DNA of 63,680 nucleotides, counting the filler. It is 14 parts of 14 records of this genome, joined end to end, with 100 filler letters (N's around TTAATTAATTAA, not from the genome) between each part and the next. Parts side by side here need not be neighbours in the genome. Positions count along the whole stretch, not along the records: positions 45,446 to 49,620 come from SRR7504441_57649; positions 49,721 to 53,949 come from SRR7504441_57661; positions 54,050 to 59,558 come from SRR7504441_57668; 11 more parts are not named here. The stretch is one strand, 5' to 3'. This document shows positions 45,538-57,851 of the stretch, piece by piece (position 1 is the first letter of the stretch; each line of letters begins with the position of its first letter). Below the pieces are notes generated by a model. That model saw nothing but the letters and a program-made list of their open reading frames with translations. It was not told the origin of the DNA and ran no database searches. Position numbers and translations under genes: made by a program.

Positions 45538-48500
45538 TCATTCTAGATCTGGCAAGTATTCGTGTGAGTATTGTCTCAAGCCCTTGCTGAGTGGAGACAG
45601 CGCCTTTCGCGTCTCCTGGCAGTTCATGGCTTCCCAGTATGCATCCCACTCTTGCATACTCACCTGTAAGATTCAACACACGCAGTCACGCCTGCGCTGC
45701 ACCCACACGCAACACCTGCAGCTCCCCGTCGCGATTTTGGATCATTTGAGACAATTTATCTTGCATCGATGAGTACTCGCCCGGCACTCGTTCGAGCAAC
45801 GCCAGCAGATCGCGGAGCCCAATCTCGCCGTCCGTAGTGTTGCTGTGTGTCAATTGTGTCACTTGATCAAACACTTTGTTGATTAACTGATGTGTGTATT
45901 CTTTCAACGCCTCGCCTTCCAGCCCGCTGCTTGAACTCCTCATCAACCCTTGATTCAAACCTGGAGCTGCCGCCACAGTCTTAGCGTCCTGAGCCACTGC
46001 TGCCGCGCTCTGTCTCAGCAGGTTGAGCTGCTGCAATTTGTCCATTGATGTCCTGCTCCGCCTCATATCCGACGAGCCTGTCTGAAGAGGCTCAGCGGAG
46101 CTCGTTGGGCTCGTGCTCGCGCTCCGACGTAAGAGATTGGCAGCCCCCACAATTCCTGTTGTGACGCTGAGTGACAGCCAGGTGCAGCTTAGCGCACCTC
46201 TGACATTGCGCCACTTTTGGTGTTGGGTGTTGCGTTGCTTATGTAGGATCAGCTCCTGAATCTCCTCGAGTTGAGTGATGGCCGTCTCCATTCCAATCTG
46301 GTTCTTCTTTGAAGACCACAAATTGAGCCAGTCTTGCCGTGAGAATTTGCCGTTGTTGTCTTTGTCGAGTTGCGACCATAGTGAAAACATGTTGAGCCCT
46401 GCCTGCCCTCAAGCCCCAGCTCAACAGGCCAAGCACCATGAGGGTGCTCTCCAGTGAACAGCCCGCCCTTGCGTGGGTGGTACCAGAACCACGCCTCCTC
46501 GTCCTCGTCCTGGTCAACCAGCGCAAACACCGCATTGGCTTGAGCCTCTATCACCGACAGAGACCTGTCCCTTGTTTTGCTCCTCCTCAGCTGCAATCTG
46601 GGCCGATCCGTTGTCCTCATCTCGGATTCCAAGTGCATTAGCTCCGTGGCCGCCAGCGTGGGCTTCTGCCGCTCCCACCGAGTCCAGAACTGGAGCCATT
46701 CGTCCAGTGTCACCTGGACCAAAGCAGATCAGGCCTTTCCAGCACGGCCCCACGCACATTCGCTTTCAACCGGTCGCGCCATTCCGGACGAAGCTGCAAC
46801 ACGCGCTCTGTCCGGATGATCGCGTGGTCCTCGCCGTGTTCTTCAGGGTCGGGTTCTGTTAAGGTGAGCTGCTTAAACAGCTCGACAGCCGCGTTGTGGC
46901 TGGACTTGCTGAGTGCCACAACCCGTCGCGGGACCGATTGGACCTTGTTCAGGAACCCAACAAACGGCTCCAGCTTGGGCATGATGGACGCGGCCGCTTG
47001 AGTAGACTTGAGGATTGTGTTCAAGAGCTTGAAGAAAGGCTCGAACTTGAGCGAAATGGCGGCTATTCGACGCAGCGCTCCGTCCACCTGAGCGCAACAG
47101 TCAGCCAACTCTCACGCGCAGTCACGGCACCGGGGGCAAGAGTGCGAGTTTCAAGTCTGCGGACCACGCGTCGACTAGCTTTTTGACATAGCTGGACCAC
47201 GTGGCAATCGTCTTGAGCCAGTCTACAAACGGTACCAACGGCTGGACCAGTCGGCCCAGGTCTGCCATCAGTGACAGCGCCGTGGTGGGCTGGATCAGGT
47301 CCGGGCTCTGGACCGCGGTGGTGCAGGCTACAACACCATCGAGGAGTTCCTGAAACTTCCGACAGAACGGCACGAACGATGTCATCTTCTCCCTGAAACT
47401 CTTGGCGTCGTCCTGCACCCGGATGAACAGATCTACCAATTCTTCAATGTCGCTGAGCAGACGATCCGAGCCCGCGATCAGGCACACATCACGCACAATG
47501 CCATCAAGCAGGGGCGGCTGTAGGAAGTCCAAAAACACCTTTGTGTCCGGCACCACCGTCGCTATTTGGCGAATAATCTGGTTGCACAGCTCGTGCACCC
47601 GCAGCGGCAGTTGCCCGGGATCGACCCGCACCGTCGAGTCATTGTACCAGCTGGCCGTTTTGAACTCGTCCATGATGTACTGTGCCGAGTTTTGGTCGAT
47701 CACAGAGTCCAGAGTGGAGTCCGATTCATCCGCCGCCGGCTCAACTTTGCCCTCTGAGAAGACTCCTGTCCTGACTCGATGCAGCGTCGGCGCCCTGTCC
47801 AGATGGATCATCGGTTGGATCGTATCGATTGGCATGTCCAGGCTAGAGCGGAGCTGATCCGGCTCTGTTCGTTTGCGCAGCAAGGAGGATGGTTTGAGCT
47901 CGTCCTCGGCAGCAAACAACAATAGCTCCCGGTGGGTCTGCGCCGCGTGCCTCGCCATGTCGGCTGCCAGCCTCTTGGCCTCCAACTCGGTCAGTGTCTT
48001 GCCATCATAAAACACCATATCCACGGCCGGCTCCAATTCAGTTACTCCTACGGGCACATCCCAGCTGGAGCGAAGGTTGTCTGCCACCCGCCGCCTCCGC
48101 ACGAGCGCAGATGGTTTCAGCGCGTCCTCGGCAGCAAACGAGAGCAGTTCACGGCGGGCGTGCGCGGCGGCTTCGGCCATGTCTTGAGCCAGCTTGGCCG
48201 CCTCAAGCTCGTTGAGCAATGGCTCAGCTCTGTCTGTGGGGCCCTTCCGATCACGGACTAAGCTGTCTGCTCGGGTGCGGTCCGGGTCATTGATCGGCCC
48301 CAATTGGTCCGCGGTGATTGTAGAGCTGAGCACGCCCGGGCCATTAGCTGGTGGGTCCCTAGCAGGCGTTGGGCTGTGCCAACTGCTCCTTAAGCACTCA
48401 CGCTGCTTCCGTTCCCGCACCAGGCTGTCTGCACGCGTCCTGTCAACGTCGCTGATCGGCTCGGGCTGGCCCGCAGTGACTGTCGAGCTGAGCACCCCGA

Positions 48501-49532
48501 GGTCGTCTATCCGAGAGGCTGGGCTAGTGGGGCTGTCGTGACTGTCGCGACTCCCCCTCAGTCCCAAGCTTCTAGGCTCATCCTCCGGGGAGGTCACTGG
48601 ATCCGGTCCCCTCACCCCCCCAAGATCTGCATACTCGCCCGGCTGCTCCAGCCCGCTCTCGCTTTCCCGCAGCTGCTCAGGCCCCGGTCCGTCCCCCACG
48701 GTGCCCACCGCCCGCCCGAGGGGCTCGGGCTGACCGTTGGGCCCTGCTGTGCTCAGCACTCCGAGGTCGTCAAATCCCGCGCCAGGCTCAACCGGCCGGT
48801 CGACCCCGCCACTCAGTTGCAGCCCCCGCAGCACGCGATCCTCCAGCGCTCGGGCCTCCTCATCCAGCCCCTCACTTGGGAGGCTCTCCAGCCCATCTGC
48901 AACCGGCTGCTCCCCTCCACTGATCACCGCAGGCCGCGCCGACCGCACGCGCGACGGGTGCCCAGGCCACTCGCGCTCCGACAGGTCTATGCGCCGGACA
49001 CCCGCCCGGTCGTACCACGGGGCTGGCGGGGTCTCGTAGTTCGCTTCGGAGCAGAATGGCACCCTGCCCTCCAGGCTGGCCTCGGCCCCCGCCGGCCGCC
49101 CACCTGCACTCCACGGAGTGACAGTCTGCTGTCCGCCGGTGCGTGTTGTACAGCCGCATGGCGGTGGCTGGTGGAGGCTCCGGCGGCTGCCACGGGCTCA
49201 GCAGCGACGTTGGGCACCGGCCACACCTTGACCGAAGCTTTCCCCCTGTCGTCGGCAAAGCAGCAGCCGGTGGTGGCGTCGCAGACAGACATGCCGGTGG
49301 AGACCCCGGAGGCGAGCTGGCGCACCATGCACCCGTCGGTCCGGTCGCCGCCCCGCACAACGATCCGGCTCCGCTGCTCGTCGATCGCCACGAGCAAGCC
49401 GTTTCCGAACACCCGGCGGCCTCTCCGGTACCGGGAGACGTCGCCAGACTGGTACCGCCGCAGCACGTCCAAGCAAGGGGCCGGCGGCCGGACAGCCGCC
49501 CGCCTTGTCCCGGCGCGCGTCTGCGTGTGCAT
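45538..49532 (-). CDS. Large multi-exon protein with internal repeats and C-terminal EF-hand-like motifs
   Basis: Chained ORFs 47122-49062, 46710-47108, 46249-46722, 45686-46390; DKDNNGKFSRQDW; start and exon boundaries inferred. Confidence 0.55.
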
Positions 49533-49907
49533 TGCAATCGTCAATCGACCACGGCCACGTGCGTAAGAATTTTTGTTTATTTTGTTCTATTAGTACGGGG
49601 ATAACTATAATTCTCCCACCNNNNNNNNNNNNNNNNNNNNNNNNNNNNNNNNNNNNNNNNNNNNTTAATTAATTAANNNNNNNNNNNNNNNNNNNNNNNN
49701 NNNNNNNNNNNNNNNNNNNNCTGAGTGGTTTTATATACCTGTAAGGTATCCACCTAGCTACGTTAACCCTAACCTACATGATTGTTACATGCATGATTGT
49801 ATTAGGTATGCGGGACCGGCCAATTGCAATGACTTAGCCAGCCAGACTACGCAATTCATTCGAAAGTTCTAATAATGCTCTTGTCGCTTCATGCGCTTAG
49901 ATCTAGC

Positions 49908-52351
49908 TCAATAGTAGCCCTCTTCAATCATGGTGATCATACCGTTGAGCGCTCCCCAGTGGTAGAACTTGGTGCCCGAGCAATCGCCTCCATGGTCATC
50001 GGCGGTCTTGTGAGGTGAATAATTCTCACAGATGTGTCGGTGCTCGTGCCATTGACTGAGCATTAGAGCTGTCATCTGCTTGCAAAGCGCCTTCCGCCCG
50101 GAACGGACCTCTGGCACATGATCGTAATGCTGCAGGCTCCAGTATGTGAGCTGAGCCATCGGGCCCCAGACATAGCCTCGCCAGTAGCCGAGTGGCGGGA
50201 ACGCAGGATCGCTGCGCTGAATGGATGGCAGCCCCCAGTAGCAATCATCGTGATTGCCAGCAAAGTCTCCCTGCGGTGCAATGCAGAAATGCTCCGGAGA
50301 AAGGAGCCAGTTCTTCACCATCGCAATGGCTTGACTATCAGTAGCTGCCTCAGCCATCAGTGAGTAGAAGCTGGTTGGCGAAATTCGTCGATAAAAAGAG
50401 CCATTCCAAAACTTGTTGGTGAAGATCCCCCCGGTCTGGTCCCAGAGATTCGCTGCAATCAGTTCTCGCTGCGACTTGGCCCTGGCTTTGAGCATAGGTA
50501 TCTCAGAGGTACGGTTGATCAGCCCAGCCAGCACAGCCAGCGCTTCGGCTTCCTGTACAAACATTGAGGCAAAACCTACATCGTAAAGCTCCATTTGGCC
50601 CACAGAAAAGGAGCCCTCGGAGAACACGCTTGCATTGAAAAAATCTCCATCATACATTGGGCTGTTATCCAGGCCTGACTCGAATCTGCCTGCTTGCATT
50701 GTCCCGGGTGAAAAGTCTCTGTATCCGGAAATTGTGTCCGAGCCGAGAGACACGATGCCAGCCGGTCCAAACATCCTCGAGTTCACAAACCACGTATTCC
50801 ATTCGAGCAGGTCGTCGTAGAGGAGCTCAACAAGCCAGATGTCCTTGTATTTTGTGAACATTTCTAGCAACACCTTGGCACCAATTGGTGGCTCAGTGCG
50901 GTCGACGGATTTGGATCCCCCGGCGCTGTAGTTTGGCACGAATCCTCGAGCTGTCCTCGATCGGATGACCTGAATGAAGTTGGAATAGGCTATCGCCTTA
51001 GACTTGGGGTCCAGGGAAGTCATGTACGAGGCAAAGATGTTGTCCCAATCAAATATGACATATCCCCAATCCGAGCTCTTGGCCTGCTTGACAAAGTTCC
51101 ATGACCGCGACACCGGCAGAAACGGGCCATACTCGGCTGGAGAGTAAATGAAATTCCAGAGCGTGGCTGCTTGGATCGCTTCTTTGACCTCGGCCAGCTC
51201 GCCCCAAGCTTGGTAGCTTGCCAGCTCCTTTGACCTGGCGAGCCCCACTACGCTTGATATTTGAGCCAAACTCGGTGCTGTGTCGCCCTCTTGGAACCCG
51301 AGCGGTCCGTGCCCCAGATTAAACCCGACTCCCTCTGTCATTCCGGCAGGCAGATCACTGGCTGACATCGCAGACTGCGCCGGCCTGATTTGAGTCGCTG
51401 GCATCCCGAGTGGTGTGAGAGTGATGCTGCCGTCAGCGCCGATGCTGATTGCCCCGGCGCGGAACCAGCAGTACCTTGGGAGCAGCACCAGTGCGTAGTC
51501 CGAGCAGTTTGAGCAAGAGACTGGCTCCACCAGCATGCTGAGCGCCCGCTGGCCGCCCGAGATGCTGATCGAAACATTTACCCCTTGGAACCCAACGTAA
51601 TACTGCCAGTAGCTCTGGTCCGCCGCGAACGGGCCCACCCTCACCTGGGCGTTGCTGCTCTCTATGTGCGCTTCGGTGAGGCAGTGACCTGATGAGTGCT
51701 GGCATATAGCTGTAACCAGCGAGAACGACTCGGGCAATCGGACCACTCCGAGCATGTTGTAGCTCCAGGTGTTCCAGCCGACCGCCAACTCGCGCTGAAG
51801 CGCCCGCCGCTTGAGCTCGGCCGGCAGGATGCCGGTGCTGAGCTGGGCGGGTGGGATGGCAACTGAGGTCGGCGCCGCCCCTGCGGGGAGAGGAACGGGG
51901 AAGAGCGACCACTGGACCGAGACCGTTGCCATGGGCTGGCTAGTAACGGTCCCGTTCTGGTCCGCCTGGGAGTACACCCTGAGCAGGAAGGACATGCTGG
52001 TGTTGTTGCCCCAGAGCGGGTACTGAGGGCTGCCGTCGGTGCTTGAGGGTGTGTTGCCGAACGGGGGGTCGGTGTGGCAGACCAAATGGTCGGCAATCCA
52101 CAGAAATGCGACCTGCCCCCCCTCGAACGAGCAGTTGAAGCTATAGTAGCTCGGGCGGGCCAGCAGCACCGAGCCGGTCAGCTCGGCCGAGCCGCCCGCC
52201 GCCGGCAGCCGGATGGCGAGCCGGTCGAGCGAGTCCACCAAGCTGGTCTGGGCCGGAGTGCCCGAGAGCGCTGTGTTGGTGTAGGTGTCCAGGGTGAGGC
52301 TGCTCAGCGCCACGGACGCCGTCAAAGCCAGGTGGGCCAGCAGCGTGCGCA
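49908..52351 (-). CDS. Secreted PA14-like + GH63/MGH1-like glycoside hydrolase (paralog of 1067-3637)
   Basis: MRTLLAHL signal peptide; FDWDNIF, ESGLDNSPMYD, YWRGYVWGP, FYHWG. Confidence 0.8.
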
Positions 52352-52541
52352 TCGCCACGGTGCAGAATAAATAACGGCAACCGACAGACTGAAAACCTGC
52401 AGCTGATCTCGCCGCATTCCGCATTGCCCCACCGCTTTGCTAGTCAATATATATAATATGGATATAATATATATACTTGTACTAGAACACACACACACGT
52501 GATTGTGGACGAGTACTTGACGTACGAGTATATCGTGAGCT

Positions 52542-53846
52542 TCATTCCACGATCACATGATCGATGTCGACGGCTGATGTCGGCGCACCTTCACTTTCCT
52601 GTTGAATGGCGCATTGCAACGCAACACGCTGAAGTTGTCGCGCCCTCTCGTTGGTTGGTGTGGTTTCGATTCTATTCATTGCATAGCCAAATCCAACGCG
52701 ATGCTCTGGGTGCCACTGCATCGCCGAGCCTCCGAGCCCCATCCAGCCCACATAGCCAAGCCGTGAATCTTTAAACAGGTTCCAACCGGCGTTCGAGAAC
52801 CAAGTGTCCATCATGCCGAATATTTTGGCGTGCTTGGGCTCGCCCAGTGCCAGCTCTAGCCCTTGCGCCGACAGAAGCCTGTGCCCCCCAGCCAGAGCAC
52901 CTCCTTCGACTATGGCTGCGGCAATTTTAGCTAAGGCCCGACCCGAAGCGTGCCCATTGGCAGATGGTACCTCGCATTGGCGGACCTCTGTGCAGTTGAA
53001 TGAGAGGATCCCGTCGATTTCGTCGTCGCCCTCTGCGAGCTTAACAGGAGGCTTGGATGAACAGCAGCAGCCACAGCACATGAGCAGTGGCAGCCCTATC
53101 AGCATTGCCACCCGAAGAAGACAGGATTCGACAGGGGCTTTACCACAGCCCAGGCAGCGCGGGCAGCAGCACAGCTGGCACCAGGCGGAACAGAGGCCCT
53201 CTTTCTCGAGGTCTTCCACTTTATCTAGCAGCCGGTCAGGCACGCTGATGCAGATCTCGTCATCCAATCCAAGCGGCTGAGCAATCTCTTGGTCGAGGAA
53301 TTGCCCGACTGTCCTGCCTTGTGGGTCTGCCCGCCTCACAATCTCGTTTAGGATCCAGCCGCGTGTGACCGCGTGGTAGATGCGCTTCTCACCGGGCGGA
53401 TGGGCGGCAGTCTGCGATGCCACAATATCTGAGAGGGCACCGCTCTTGATTGCCTCCGTGGTGAGCGACGAGGCGCTCGGGCGCTGATCGAAGTTGGCTA
53501 GCCCAGCCTCGTGACGCAGCACGTCCGCCAGGGTAGTGTCGGCCTTGCCGTTCTGAGCGTACTCCGGCCACAGCTCGGCCACCTTTTGCTCATATCGGAG
53601 GTGCCCACGGTCGACCAGCATGGCCACCACCAGGCTGGTGAGTACTTTGGTGGACGAGAAGATGTTCTGGATGCAGGCCGCGGAATACGATCCATTTGCG
53701 CCGGCCACGCACAAGTCAACCTTAAGCTCGCCCTTGACATACACGCAGACCTGCGCGCAGTCCTCGCGCCCGTCCAGCACGTGGCGTGTGAAAGCATCTT
53801 TCACCGCTTCGTACCCGGGCGCACAGCTACCTGTCACTCGTTCCAT
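52542..53846 (-). CDS. Beta-lactamase-family serine hydrolase with a Cys-rich hydrophobic insert
   Basis: FSSTK, LRHEAGL, YHAVTRG, PSANG, GWMGLGGS. Confidence 0.85.
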   Translation of the reverse strand: MERVTGSCAPGYEAVKDAFTRHVLDGREDCAQVCVYVKGELKVDLCVAGANGSYSAACIQNIFSSTKVLTSLVVAMLVDRGHLRYEQKVAELWPEYAQNGKADTTLADVLRHEAGLANFDQRPSASSLTTEAIKSGALSDIVASQTAAHPPGEKRIYHAVTRGWILNEIVRRADPQGRTVGQFLDQEIAQPLGLDDEICISVPDRLLDKVEDLEKEGLCSAWCQLCCCPRCLGCGKAPVESCLLRVAMLIGLPLLMCCGCCCSSKPPVKLAEGDDEIDGILSFNCTEVRQCEVPSANGHASGRALAKIAAAIVEGGALAGGHRLLSAQGLELALGEPKHAKIFGMMDTWFSNAGWNLFKDSRLGYVGWMGLGGSAMQWHPEHRVGFGYAMNRIETTPTNERARQLQRVALQCAIQQESEGAPTSAVDIDHVIVE

Positions 53847-54080
53847 TCGTGCCGACTGGCCGTCCGGCGGTCCGCGTGATCTGGTCACTGGCAGCAACGG
53901 CAGTGCCGGCTGGATTCATGGCCCGCAAAAAATAAGGGTACCCACGCCGNNNNNNNNNNNNNNNNNNNNNNNNNNNNNNNNNNNNNNNNNNNNTTAATTA
54001 ATTAANNNNNNNNNNNNNNNNNNNNNNNNNNNNNNNNNNNNNNNNNNNNTGCTCTGATCGCAGCGGTGGCGGCCACGGGT

Positions 54081-57000
54081 ATGGTTGCCAAGCTTCCTGA
54101 GGCAAAAGTAATCTTGGCCTCGGCACCACTCGCCAAGGCACCAGAGGACGACTTTTTGCTGGCTAATGCAGCTGCCCTCAAGGCACCACAGTCGCCAGTA
54201 GCTTACAAAGCAGCCATACTTGACTTCGGGCGCGCGGTCTGCTGCCCTAATCAGGACTGTCCATGCGTCGGTCTGTGCAAGTGCGGTGCAATGTGCGCCT
54301 GCGGCTCGGTACCTCGTGACGAGGGACAGTGGAAGAGCTACGTCGAGACTCACTTCAAAGAACTCGAGCAGATGGCCCAAGCAGCCATCCAGTTTTCACA
54401 GCCATATCTGTGCCCCTACGAGGACTGCGAGTGCGGAATTGGCTGCCAATGCGGTGCGGAATGCAAGTGTGGTCGGGTGAAGCGCTCTGATGCCAACATG
54501 TACAGGCTGTCACTCGCTCAGGTGCGGCTTGGGTTGATGCCGTCAGCCCTGTCTGTGCGCGAAGCCCAAAATTGGCTCGCTGGATATGCAACCGCGGAGG
54601 CCTCGACTGTAGCGCCCCTGAATGACCAAGACCCGGATGGGCTCAACCCTCTGACTGACGATGCCTCGCACTACGTGCTGCTTGATGCGCTCGATGGAAC
54701 AGAGCTGGAGCAAGTCGTGCTGCGAGTGCGCGGGATGAGCTGCGCTTCTTGTGTGGCGCATATAGAATCTGCTGTCAAAGCGCTCACCGGAGTCTCCAAA
54801 GTGAGCGTAGCGCTAATGACTGCGAAGGTGACTTGCTTGGCCGGCCGCTGGTGAGCGCTGGGCAGGCCGAGGTATGGTTTAATTCTGGAATGGTCAGCGT
54901 GTCGGAGCTCTGTGCTGCCATCCAAGCCATTGGGTTTGAAGCTGAGCCACTGGATACCAAAACTAGGCAGCTTAGGTTGATTATTACTAATTTGGACATC
55001 GCCAAAGCCGCTCGGTTAGTGGAGCAGCTGCCAGCAGTGATCTCGGCCCAGCAAATTGGAGTCGGAGTCGAAGGCCAGAGCTCTGCCCACATAGATCCTG
55101 GGTTGGAAGGTGGCACACTCTTGATTCATTATGAAGGGTCTGAGATCAGTGGCCGAGCAATTCGGGCTGCATTGCTCGAAGCAGGGGCAGGAGTCTCAGT
55201 ATGCCGCACATCGGATGAAGAGGACAGTGAAGCTACGGAGGTAAAGCAATGGATGTGGCGCTTTATCGGATCTGCTATCTTCACTGTTCCAGTATTCTTG
55301 CTGGCAATGGTGCTGCCTTACATCTCTGCAGTCAAGAGCGGACTGGATGAGGACATCTGCCCGGGCTTGACGGTTTCCTCGCTCCTGCTGTGGGTGCTTT
55401 CTACTCCAGTGCAATTCTGGTATGGCAGAGTTTTTTACATCGGCGCCTACAAGGCCTTGAGGTCTGGACATGCAAACATGGACGTGCTGGTGGCGCTGGG
55501 TACATCTGCTGCCTACTTTTACTCTGCGCAAGCAGTGATTCGGTCGATCGCCAACAAAGACTCCCAAGCGGGGCATGCGGCCCACTTTTTTGAGACTGCT
55601 GCGATGCTGATAACCTTCATCCTGCTGGGCAAGTTCCTTGAAACCAAGGCCAAGCAGCAGACTTGCGCTGCAATCCAGCTGCTGATGGAGCTCCAGCCGC
55701 CCACTGCTTTGCTGGTTGGTAAGAATGGGACTGAGGAGACAATCGATGTCGAATTCCTCGAGCCGGGCGATGTAGTTAAAGTGGTACCAGGAGCGAGCCT
55801 GCCTGCGGACGGTACTGTGGTGGATGGCGGGAGCAGCTGCGACGAGTCAATGCTCACTGGGGAGTCAGTGCCTGTCTTTAAGCAGATTGGCGACTCGGTA
55901 GTCGGTGGGACCACCAACTGCGACGGGGTGCTGCTGGTCAAGGTGGATAATGTGGGAGATGACTCGGTACTTTCCAACATCGTGTCGCTGGTTGAAGATG
56001 CTCAGACCAGCAAGGCCCCAATCCAAGGCTTTGCAGACAAAGTGTCGCAGTACTTTGTCCCAGGTGTGGTCATCACGGCAGTGCTCGTGTTTGCGGTCTG
56101 GTTTGCCGTGGCTGAATCTGGTGCCACCCCGGATTCATGGAATCACAGCGATTCGCATGAGGCCAACCCAAGGGACGATCCGTTCTTATTTGCTTTCGAG
56201 TTCGGAATTGCAGTTTTGGTGATCGCTTGCCCATGCGCACTTGGGCTGGCCACTCCCACAGCTGTCATGGTGGCAACAGGAGTGGGGGCCAAGCATGGTG
56301 TGCTGATCAAAGGTGGAGAGCCCATGGAAACCGCCCATCTTGTGTCAGCCGTGGTGTTTGACAAAACTGGCACGCTCACTCATGGCAAGATGCAAGTGAC
56401 GGGCTGTAAGCTCTTGACGCAGGACGAGGCGTTTGCTCTGGAGGCTGCACGGGCAGTCGAAAGCATGTCAGAGCATCCAATTGCCAGGGCAGTGGTACAG
56501 TACGTAGAGGAGCGCCAAGAGGGCCAACCAGCCAGCTCGCCGCCAGCAGCCGTCTCTGACTTCGAGGCCACGCCGGGTCAGGGGGTGCAGGCCTCGGTTA
56601 GCTATGCCAAGGCTCAGTCCCATGTGCTGATTGGTAACCGCAAGTGGCTAGCCTCGAACGGAGTGAGCTTCATGGCTGTGGAGGCGGCAATATGTGAGCA
56701 CGAGGCAGCCGGCAAAACTGTGGTACTGCTTGCCGTAAATCTGGAGTTTGCGGGCTGGTTTGCCATCGCAGATACACTCAAGGAGGACACGGCCGACACA
56801 ATTGTAAATCTTCAGGCCCTAGGTATCTTTGTTGCAGTGCTGACCGGAGACAATCGCCGTACGGCCGAAGCAATTATTGGACCGCTTGGTGGGTCTTGCA
56901 GTGGCTTTGCTTGAGCCTTGGTGCCAGGTGTGGACCAGCTCTGGGCTGATGTGATCCCTGCCCAGAAAGCAGCCAAAGTGATGGAGCTCCAGCGGCGGGG

Positions 57001-57577
57001 CGAGGTGGTGGCAATGGTGGGCGACGGGGTCAACGACAGCCCCGCACTCGCCCAGGCTGACGTCGGGATCGCGATTGGAGCCGGGGCCGACATTGCAGCC
57101 GCAACAGCCGATATCGTGCTGGTCAATTCGCAGCCGTCGAGTGTTGCGGTGGCGATCGCGCTGTCGGAGGCCACTTTTGTGCGGATCCGGCTGAACTTTG
57201 TGTGGGCGTTCGGGTTTAACGTGCTCGGGATCCCGCTGGCTGCGGGTGCGCTGTACCCGCCCTACCAGATCGCGCTCCCGCCCATGTTTGCTGGGCTGGC
57301 GATGGCCTGCTCGTCAGTGACTGTGGTGCTCTCCTCGCTGTTGCTCAAGCGGTGGCGACCTGCCAAGCAAGAGCGTGACCCGCCAAGCCAGGAAGAGCTC
57401 AAGACCAGGCGGTTGCTGCGGCACGCCAGGCTGGTACCCGGACACGTGGTGCTGAGCACCAAGGCGGTGATCTTCACCTGGCTCTCGCTCGGGCTGCTGG
57501 TGGTAGGTTTCGTGGTGTTGATCACAATGCTAGCGTCCGATGAAGAAAGCTCAGGCCACAACAGCCATGGCATGTAG
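54081..57577 (+). CDS. Copper-transporting P1B-type ATPase (ATP7/HMA5-like), 2 introns
   Basis: [36 protein letters not shown]; introns 54828-54865 and 56889-56927; 5' end is close to the contig edge. Confidence 0.92.
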
Positions 57578-57851
57578 ATAGCTTACAATAGTCGCATAGT
57601 CGCTTCACTCAAAATACACTCAAAATACGTGAAAAATACATAAACATACAAAAATGCTTTTAAACGAGGGAAAGCAAGTGTTGCTACTATATGCGTTTCA
57701 TTAAATGCGATACTTAACTGGCCATAGTCTAGTCGTAGCCAGACTGTTAGTCTTAGTACATAGCATTTGAATTAAATCGACCGTTCACGAGAGGCCGCCA
57801 CCAGCACTAGAGGGCTCCACAAAAGTTTACGTGTACGCGTACATCTAGTTA

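Noticed and set aside
49762-49776. TAACCCTAACC telomere-like sequence
   Set aside because: Fewer than two full repeat units; not an array.
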